Assembly (NCBI GenBank): GCA_964057225.1
Contig: OZ059895.1
Location: 4,030,001-4,094,000, forward strand
Reading direction: 5' to 3'
DNA from: Auanema rhodensis
Taxonomy: Eukaryota > Animalia > Nematoda
DNA length: 64,000 bases
Shown here: piece after piece, positions 53,773 to 64,000 of the stretch
How positions within the stretch are numbered: position 1 is the first letter of the stretch
Layout of the letters: every line of letters begins with the position of its first letter
Notes under the pieces: model-generated
What the model saw: the letters and a program-made list of their open reading frames with translations, nothing else
The model's database searches: none
Told to the model about the DNA's origin: nothing
Program-made: the position numbers and the translations under genes

Positions 53773-56700
53773 TCCTCGATTTTCACCCTGAAGAATTAAT
53801 TTTTTCGTTGAATAACATTGTCCATCGTCTTTGCCTTAAAAAAATGAATCTAAAAACATCTACTTTTTGCTAAATTATTTTGAAATTTTTCGAAAAAATG
53901 TTTGTGAAAATGTTTTTGGAAGCAATGTTGAGTGTACATGGAAACTCAACATACACTAATGCATCATTTTTCAAACGATCATAACTAATTTTTGTATTAA
54001 GCGTTTCTCAATGAAGTATAGTGCATTCGATGCGGATTTTTAAGCTGCGTCGATCTGTGTTATCAGATTTGCGCTAGCTTAAAAATGCACCGAGATATCA
54101 ACTGATATAAGTTCACACTTATATCCTCGATTTTCACCCTGAAGAATTAATTTTTTCGTTGAATAACATTGCCCATCGTCTTTGCCTTGAAAAAAGGAAT
54201 CTAAAAACATCTACTTTTTGCTAAATTATTTTGAAATTTTTTGAAAAAATGTTTGTCAAAATGTTTTTGGAAGAAATGTTGAGTGTACATGGAAACTCAA
54301 CATACACTAATGCATCATTTTTCAAACGATCATAACTAATTTTTGTATTAAGCGTTTCTCAATGAAGTATAGTGCATTCGATGCGGATTTTTAAGCTGCG
54401 TCGATCTGTGTTATCAGATTTGCGCTAGCTTGAAAATGCACCGAGATATCAACTGATATAAGTTCACACTTATATCCTCGATTTTCACCCTGAAGAATTA
54501 ATTTTTTCGTTGAATAACATTGCCCATCGTCTTTGCCTTGAAAAAAGGAATCTAAAAACATCTACTTTTTGCTAAATTATTTTGAAATTTTTTGAAAAAA
54601 TGTTTGTCAAAATGTTTTTGGAAGCAATGTTGAGTGTACATGGAAACTCAACATACACTAATGCATCATTTTTCAAACGATCATAACTAATTTTTGTATT
54701 AAGCGTTTCTCAATGAAGTATAGTGCATTCGATGCGGATTTTTAAGCTGCGTCGATCTGTGTTATCAGATTTGCGCTAGCTTAAAAATGCACCGAGATAT
54801 CAACTGATATAAGTTCAAACTTATATCCTCGATTTTCACCCTGAAGAATTAATTTTTTCGTTGAATAACATTGCCCATCGTCTTTGCCTTGAAAAAAGGA
54901 ATCTAAAAACATCTACTTTTTGCTAAATTATTTTGAAATTTTTTGAAAAAATGTTTGTCAAAATGTTTTTGGAAGCAATGTTGAGTGTACATGGAAACTC
55001 AACATACACTAATGCATCATTTTTCAAACGATCATAACTAATTTTTGTATTAAGCGTTTCTCAATGAAGTATAGTGCATTCGATGCGGATTTTTAAGCTG
55101 CGTCGATCTGTGTTATCAGATTTGCGCTAGCTTGAAAATGCACCGAGATATCAACTGATATAAGTTCAAACTTATATCCTCGATTTTCACCCTGAAGAAT
55201 TAATTTTTTCGTTGAATAACATTGCCCATCGTCTTTGCCTTGAAAAAAGGAATCTAAAAACATCTACTTTTTGCTAAATTATTTTGAAATTTTTTGAAAA
55301 AATTTTTGTCAAAATGTTTTTGGAAGCAATGTGGAGTGTACATGGAAACTCAACATACACTAATGCATCATTTTTCAAACGATCATAACTAATTTTTGTA
55401 TTAAGCGTTTCTCAATGAAGTATAGTGCATTCGATGCGGATTTTTAAGCTGCGTCGATCTGTTTTATCAGATTTGCGCTAGCTTGAAAATGCACCGAGAT
55501 ATCAACTGATATAAGTTCACACTTATATCCTCGATTTTCACCCTGAAGAATTAATTTTTTCGTTGAATAACATTGCCCATCGTCTTTGCCTTGAAAAAAG
55601 GAATCTAAAAACATCTACTTTTTGCTAAATTATTTTGAAATTTTTTGAAAAAATTTTTGTCAAAATGTTTTTGGAAGCAATGTTGAGTGTACATGGAAAC
55701 TCAACATACACTAATGCATCATTTTTCAAACGATCATAACTAATTTTTGTATAAAGCGTTTCTCAATGAAGTATAGTGCAATCGATGCGGATTTTTAAGC
55801 TGCGTCGATCTGTGTTATCAGATTTGCGCTAGCTTGAAAATGCACCGAGATATCAACTGATATAAGTTCACACTTATATCCTCGATTTTCACCCTGAAGA
55901 ATTAATTTTTTCGTTGAATAACATTGCCCATCGTCTTTGCCTTGAAAAAAGGAATCTAAAAACATCTACTTTTTGCTAAATTATTTTGAAATTTTTTGAA
56001 AAAATTTTTGTCAAAATGTTTTTGGAAGCAATGTTGAGTGTACATGGAAACTCAACATACACTAATGCATCATTTTTCAAACGATCATAACTAATTTTTG
56101 TATTAACCGTTTCTCAATGAAGTATAGTGCATTCGATGCGGATTTTTAAGCTGCGTCGATCTGTGTTATCAGATTTGCGCTAGCTTGAAAATGCACCGAG
56201 ATATCAACTGATATAAGTTCACACTTATATCCTCGATTTTCACCCTGAAGAATTAATTTTTTCGTTGAATAACATTGCCCATCGTCTTTGCCTTGAAAAA
56301 AGCAATCTAAAAACATCTACTTTTTGCTAAATTATTTTGAAATTTTTTGAAAAAATTTTTGTCAAAATGTTTTTGGAAGCAATGTTGAGTGTACATGGAA
56401 ACTCAACATACACTAATGCATCATTTTTCAAACGATCATAACTAATTTTTGTATAAAGCGTTTCTCAATGAAGTATAGTGCAATCGATGCGGATTTTTAA
56501 GCTGCGTCGATCTGTGTTATCAGATTTGCGCTAGCTTGAAAATGCACCGAGATATCAACTGATATAAGTTCACACTTATATCCTCGATTTTCACCCTGAA
56601 GAATTAATTTTTTCGTTGAATAACATTGCCCATCGTCTTTGCCTTGAAAAAAGGAATCTAAAAACATCTACTTTTTGCTAAATTATTTTGAAATTTTTTG

Positions 56701-59700
56701 AAAAAATTTTTGTCAAAATGTTTTTGGAAGCAATGTTGAGTGTACATGGAAACTCAACATACACTAATGCATCATTTTTCAAACGATCATAACTAATTTT
56801 TGTATAAAGCGTTTCTCAATGAAGTATAGTGCAATCGATGCGGATTTTTAAGCTGCGTCGATCTGTGTTATCAGATTTGCGCTAGCTTGAAAATGCACCG
56901 AGATATCAACTGATATAAGTTCACACTTATATCCTCGATTTTCACCCTGAAGAATTAATTTTTTCGTTGAATAACATTGTCCATCGTCTTTGCCTTAAAA
57001 AAATGAATCTAAAAACATCTACTTTTTGCTAAATTATTTTGAAATTTTTCGAAAAAATGTTTGTCAAAATGTTTTTGGAAGCAATGTTGAGTGTACATGG
57101 AAACTCAACATACACTAATGCATCATTTTTCAAACGATCATAACTAATTTTTGTATTAAGCGTTTCTCAATGGAGTATAGTGCATTCGATGCGGATTTTT
57201 AAGCTGCGTCGATCTGTGTTATCAGATTTGCGCTAGCTTAAAAATGCACCGAGATATCAACTGATATAAGTTCACACTTATATCCTCGATTTTCACCCTG
57301 AAGAATTAATTTTTTCGTTGAATAACATTGCCCATCGTCTTTGCCTTGAAAAAAGGAATCTAAAAACATCTACTTTTTGCTAAATTATTTTGAAATTTTT
57401 TGAAAAAATGTTTGTCAAAATGTTTTTGGAAGAAATGTTGAGTGTACATGGAAACTCAACATACACTAATGCATCATTTTTCAAACGATCATAACTAATT
57501 TTTGTATTGAGCGTTTCTCAATGAAGTATAGTGCATTCGATGCGGATTTTTAAGCTGCGTCGATCTGTGTTATCAGATTTGCGCTAGCTTGAAAATGCAC
57601 CGAGATATCAACTGATATAAGTTCACACTTATATCCTCGATTTTCACCCTGAAGAATTAATTTTTTCGTTGAATAACATTGCCCATCGTCTTTGCCTTGA
57701 AAAAAGGAATCTAAAAACATCTACTTTTTGCTAAATTATTTTGAAATTTTTTGAAAAAATGTTTGTCAAAATGTTTTTGGAAGAAATGTTGAGTGTACAT
57801 GGAAACTCAACATACACTAATGCATCATTTTTCAAACGATCATAACTAATTTTTGTATTAAGCGTTTCTCAATGAAGTATAGTGCATTCGATGCAGATTT
57901 TTAAGCTGCGTCGATCTGTGTTATCAGATTTGCGCTAGCTTGAAAATGCACCGAGATATCAACTGATATAAGTTCACACTTATATCCTCGATTTTCACCC
58001 TGAAGAATTAATTTTTTCGTTGAATAACATTGTCCATCGTCTTTGCCTTAAAAAAATGAATCTAAAAACATCTACTTTTTGCTAAATTATTTTGAAATTT
58101 TTCGAAAAAATGTTTGTCAAAATGTTTTTGGAAGCAATGTTGAGTGTACATGGAAACTCAACATACACTAATGCATCATTTTTCAAACGATCATAACTAA
58201 TTTTTGTATTAAGCGTTTCTCAATGGAGTATAGTGCATTCGATGCGGATTTTTAAGCTGCGTCGATCTGTGTTATCAGATTTGCGCTAGCTTAAAAATGC
58301 ACCGAGATATCAACTGATATAAGTTCACACTTATATCCTCGATTTTCACCCTGAAGAATTAATTTTTTCGTTGAATAACATTGCCCATCGTCTTTGCCTT
58401 GAAAAAAGGAATCTAAAAACATCTACTTTTTGCTAAATTATTTTGAAATTTTTTGAAAAAATGTTTGTCAAAATGTTTTTGGAAGAAATGTTGAGTGTAC
58501 ATGGAAACTCAACATACACTAATGCATCATTTTTCAAACGATCATAACTAATTTTTGTATTAAGCGTTTCTCAATGAAGTATAGTGCATTCGATGCGGAT
58601 TTTTAAGCTGCGTCGATCTGTGTTATCAGATTTGCGCTAGCTTGAAAATGCACCGAGATATCAACTGATATAAGTTCACACTTATATCCTCGATTTTCAC
58701 CCTGAAGAATTAATTTTTTCGTTGAATAACATTGCCCATCGTCTTTGCCTTGAAAAAAGGAATCTAAAAACATCTACTTTTTGCTAAATTATTTTGAAAT
58801 TTTTTGAAAAAATGTTTGTCAAAATGTTTTTGGAAGCAATGTTGAGTGTACATGGAAACTCAACATACACTAATGCATCATTTTTCAAACGATCATAACT
58901 AATTTTTGTATTAAGCGTTTCTCAATGAAGTATAGTGCATTCGATGCGGATTTTTAAGCTGCGTCGATCTGTGTTATCAGATTTGCGCTAGCTTAAAAAT
59001 GCACCGAGATATCAACTGATATAAGTTCAAACTTATATCCTCGATTTTCACCCTGAAGAATTAATTTTTTCGTTGAATAACATTGCCCATCGTCTTTGCC
59101 TTGAAAAAAGGAATCTAAAAACATCTACTTTTTGCTAAATTATTTTGAAATTTTTTGAAAAAATGTTTGTCAAAATGTTTTTGGAAGCAATGTTGAGTGT
59201 ACATGGAAACTCAACATACACTAATGCATCATTTTTCAAACGATCATAACTAATTTTTGTATAAAGCGTTTCTCAATGAAGTATAGTGCAATCGATGCGG
59301 ATTTTTAAGCTGCGTCGATCTGTGTTATCAGATTTGCGCTAGCTTGAAAATGCACCGAGATATCAACTGATATAAGTTCACACTTATATCCTCGATTTTC
59401 ACCCTGAAGAATTAATTTTTTCGTTGAATAACATTGCCCATCGTCTTTGCCTTGAAAAAAGGAATCTAAAAACATCTACTTTTTGCTAAATTATTTTGAA
59501 ATTTTTTGAAAAAATTTTTGTCAAAATGTTTTTGGAAGCAATGTTGAGTGTACATGGAAACTCAACATACACTAATGCATCATTTTTCAAACGATCATAA
59601 CTAATTTTTGTATAAAGCGTTTCTCAATGAAGTATAGTGCAATCGATGCGGATTTTTAAGCTGCGTCGATCTGTGTTATCAGATTTGCGCTAGCTTGAAA

Positions 59701-61143
59701 ATGCACCGAGATATCAACTGATATAAGTTCACACTTATATCCTCGATTTTCACCCTGAAGAATTAATTTTTTCGTTGAATAACATTGTCCATCGTCTTTG
59801 CCTTAAAAAAATGAATCTAAAAACATCTACTTTTTGCTAAATTATTTTGAAATTTTTCGAAAAAATGTTTGTCAAAATGTTTTTGGAAGCAATGTTGAGT
59901 GTACATGGAAACTCAACATACACTAATGCATCATTTTTCAAACGATCATAACTAATTTTTGTATTAAGCGTTTCTCAATGGAGTATAGTGCATTCGATGC
60001 GGATTTTTAAGCTGCGTCGATCTGTGTTATCAGATTTGCGCTAGCTTAAAAATGCACCGAGATATCAACTGATATAAGTTCACACTTATATCCTCGATTT
60101 TCACCCTGAAGAATTAATTTTTTCGTTGAATAACATTGCCCATCGTCTTTGCCTTGAAAAAAGGAATCTAAAAACATCTACTTTTTGCTAAATTATTTTG
60201 AAATTTTTTGAAAAAATGTTTGTCAAAATGTTTTTGGAAGAAATGTTGAGTGTACATGGAAACTCAACATACACTAATGCATCATTTTTCAAACGATCAT
60301 AACTAATTTTTGTATTAAGCGTTTCTCAATGAAGTATAGTGCATTCGATGCGGATTTTTAAGCTGCGTCGATCTGTGTTATCAGATTTGCGCTAGCTTGA
60401 AAATGCACCGAGATATCAACTGATATAAGTTCACACTTATATCCTCGATTTTCACCCTGAAGAATTAATTTTTTCGTTGAATAACATTGCCCATCGTCTT
60501 TGCCTTGAAAAAAGGAATCTAAAAACATCTACTTTTTGCTAAATTATTTTGAAATTTTTTGAAAAAATGTTTGTCAAAATGTTTTTGGAAGCAATGTTGA
60601 GTGTACATGGAAACTCAACATACACTAATGCATCATTTTTCAAACGATCATAACTAATTTTTGTATTAAGCGTTTCTCAATGAAGTATAGTGCATTCGAT
60701 GCGGATTTTTAAGCTGCGTCGATCTGTGTTATCAGATTTGCGCTAGCTTAAAAATGCACCGAGATATCAACTGATATAAGTTCAAACTTATATCCTCGAT
60801 TTTCACCCTGAAGAATTAATTTTTTCGTTGAATAACATTGCCCATCGTCTTTGCCTTGAAAAAAGGAATCTAAAAACATCTACTTTTTGCTAAATTATTT
60901 TGAAATTTTTTGAAAAAATGTTTGTCAAAATGTTTTTGGAAGCAATGTTGAGTGTACATGGAAACTCAACATACACTAATGCATCATTTTTCAAACGATC
61001 ATAACTAATTTTTGTATTAAGCGTTTCTCAATGAAGTATAGTGCATTCGATGCGGATTTTTAAGCTGCGTCGATCTGTGTTATCAGATTTGCGCTAGCTT
61101 AAAAATGCACCGAGATATCAACTGATATAAGTTCAAACTTAAA
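53773..61143 (-). repeat. Nested 3-, 5- and 12-mer duplications (approximate limits)
   Basis: GAAGAAATG at 54274, 57433, 57784, 58486, 60241; CAATGGAG at 57173, 58226, 59981; TTCAAACTT at 54818, 59030, 60785. Spacings are 1053, 1755 and 4212. Confidence 0.75.
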
Positions 61144-64000
61144 TCCTCGATTTTCACCCTGAAGAATTAATTTTTTCGTTGAATAACATTGTCCATCGTC
61201 TTTGCCTTAAAAAAATGAATCTAAAAACATCTACTTTTTGCTAAATTATTTTGAAATTTTTCGAAAAAATTTTTGTCAAAATGTTTTTGGAAGCAATGTT
61301 GAGTGTACATGGAAACTCAACATACACTAATGCATCATTTTTCAAACGATCATAACTAATTTTTGTATTAAGCGTTTCTCAATGAAGTATAGTGCATTCG
61401 ATGCGGATTTTTAAGCTGCGTCGATCTGTGTTATCAGATTTGCGCTAGCTTGAAAATGCACCGAGATATCAACTGATATAAGTTCACACTTATATCCTCG
61501 ATTTTCACCCTGAAGAATTAATTTTTTCGTTGAATAACATTGCCCATCGTCTTTGCCTTGAAAAAAGGAATCTAAAAACATCTACTTTTTGCTAAATTAT
61601 TTTGAAATTTTTCGAAAAAATTTTTGTCAAAATGTTTTTGGAAGCAATGTTGAGTGTACATGGAAACTCAACATACACTAATGCATCATTTTTCAAACGA
61701 TCATAACTAAGTTTTGTATTAAGCGTTTCTTAATGAAGTATAGTGCTTTCGATGCGGATTTTTAAGCTGCGTCGATCTGTGTTATCAGATTTGCGCTAGC
61801 TTGAAAATGCACCGAGATATCAACTGATATAAGTTCACACTTATATCCTCGATTTTCACCCTGAAGAATTAATTTTTTCGTTGAATAACATTGCCCATCG
61901 TCTTTGCCTTGAAAAAAGGAATCTAAAAACATCTACTTTTTGCTAAATTATTTTGAAATTTTTTGAAAAAATTTTTGTCAAAATGTTTTTGGAAGCAATG
62001 TTGAGTGTACATGGAAACTCAACATACACTAATGCATCATTTTTCAAACGATCATAACTAATTTTTGTATTAAGCGTTTCTCAATGAAGTATAGTGCAAT
62101 CGATGCGGATTTTTAAGCTGCGTCGATCTGTGTTATCAGATTTGCGCTAGCTTGAAAATGCACCGAGATATCAACTGATATAAGTTCACACTTATATCCT
62201 CGATTTTCACCCTGAAGAATTAATTTTTTCGTTGAATAACATTGCCCATCGTCTTTGCCTTGAAAAAAGGAATCTAAAAACATCTACTTTTTGCTAAATT
62301 ATTTTGAAATTTTTCGAAAAAATTTTTGTCAAAATGTTTTTGGAAGCAATGTTGAGTGTACATGGAAACTCAACATACACTAATGCATCATTTTTCAAAC
62401 GATCATAACTAAGTTTTGTATTAAGCGTTTCTCAATGAAGTATAGTGCATTCGATGCGGATTTTTAAGCTGCGTCGATCTGTGTTATCAGATTTGCGCTA
62501 GCTTGAAAATGCACCGAGATATCAACTGATATAAGTTCACACTTATATCCTCGATTTTCACCCTGAAGAATTAATTTTTTCGTTGAATAACATTGCCCAT
62601 CGTCTTTGCCTTGAAAAAAGGAATCTAAAAACATCTACTTTTTGCTAAATTATTTTGAAATTTTTTGAAAAAATGTTTGTCAAAATGTTTTTGGAAGCAA
62701 TGTTGAGTGTACATGGAAACTCAACATACACTAATGCATCATTTTTCAAACGATCATAACTAATTTTTGTATTAAGCGTTTCTCAATGAAGTATAGTGCA
62801 TTCGATGCGGATTTTTAAGCTGCGTCGATCTGTGTTATCAGATTTGCGCTAGCTTAAAAATGCACCGAGATATCAACTGATATAAGTTCGAACTTATATC
62901 CTCGATTTTCACCCTGAAGAATTAATTTTTTCGTTGAATAACATTGCCCATCGTCTTTGCCTTGAAAAAAGGAATCTAAAAACATCTACTTTTTGCTAAA
63001 TTATTTTGAAATTTTTCGAAAAAATTTTTGTCAAAATGTTTTTGGAAGCAATGTTGAGTGTACATGGAAACTCAACATACACTAATGCATCATTTTTCAA
63101 ACGATCATAACTAAGTTTTGTATTAAGCGTTTCTCAATGAAGTATAGTGCATTCGATGCGGATTTTTAAGCTGCGTCGATCTGTGTTATCAGATTTGCGC
63201 TAGCTTAAAAATTCACCGAGATATCAACTGATATAAGTTAACACTTATATCCTCGATTTTCACCCTGAAGAATTAATTTTTTCGTTGAATAACATTGTCC
63301 ATCATCTTTGCCTTAAAAAAAGGAATCTAAAAACATCTACTTTTTGCTAAATTATTTTGAAATTTTTCGAAAAAATTTTTGTCAAAATGTTTTTGGAAGC
63401 AATGTTGAGTGTACATGGAAACTCAACATACACTAATGCATCATTTTTCAAACGATCATAACTAATTTTTGTATTAAGCGTTTCTCAATGTAGTATAGTG
63501 CATTCGATGCGGATTTTTAAGCTGCGTCGATCTGTGTTATCAGATTTGCGCTAGCTTGAAAATGCACCGAGATATCAACTGATATAAGTTCACACTTATA
63601 TCCTCGATTTTCACCCTGAAGAATTAATTTTTTCGTTGAATAACATTGCCCATCGTCTTTGCCTTGAAAAAAGGAATCTAAAAACATCTACTTTTTGCTA
63701 AATTATTTTGGAATTTTTTGAAAAAATGTTTGTCAAAATGTTTTTGGAAGCAATGTTGAGTGTACATGGAAACTCAACATACACTAATGCATCATTTTTC
63801 AAACGATCGTAACTAATTTTTGTATTAAGCGTTTCTCAATGAAGTATAGTGCATTCGATGCGGATTTTTAAGCTGCGTCGATCTGTGTTATCAGATTTGC
63901 GCTAGCTTGAAAATGCACCGAGATATCAACTGATATAAGTTCACACTTATATCCTCGATTTTCACCCTGAAGAATTAATTTTTTCGTTGAATAACATTGC

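Larger units (their letters stand above)
33094..64000 (-). repeat. Same 351-bp satellite in reverse orientation (321-bp partial unit + 87 complete units + 49-bp partial unit)
   Basis: Reverse complement of the monomer; ...CACACTTATA ends at 33414 and 63951, exactly 87 x 351 apart, so there is no net indel. The array runs off the window end. Confidence 0.99.

Noticed and set aside
1-64000. CRISPR array or repeat-spacer system
   Set aside because: No unique spacers; the full 351 bp repeats, and there are no cas genes.

Overview
The whole window is one AT-rich (~32% GC, hand count of unit 1) tandem satellite DNA with a 351-bp monomer, about 182 near-identical copies. No credible genes, RNA genes, transposons or CRISPR arrays are present. 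The array switches strand once: ~94.2 monomers run on + (1-33083), then a 10-bp non-register filler (33084-33093), then ~88 monomers run on - (33094-64000). This forms a giant imperfect inverted repeat with ~31-kb arms and a 127-bp spacer. The arms are not SNP-level mirror images, which argues against a fold-back read artefact. The left breakpoint sits at the end of the inner stem of a 67-nt hairpin encoded in every monomer, and the filler looks templated from nearby satellite sequence. Shared variants reveal local higher-order duplications (1-, 2-, 3-, 4-, 5-, 6- and 12-mers) and two interspersed monomer haplotypes. The architecture suggests eukaryotic (peri)centromeric heterochromatin (inference); I cannot assign the species or satellite family. 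Monomer positions quoted below are numbered from unit 1 (1-351). All counts are by eye.
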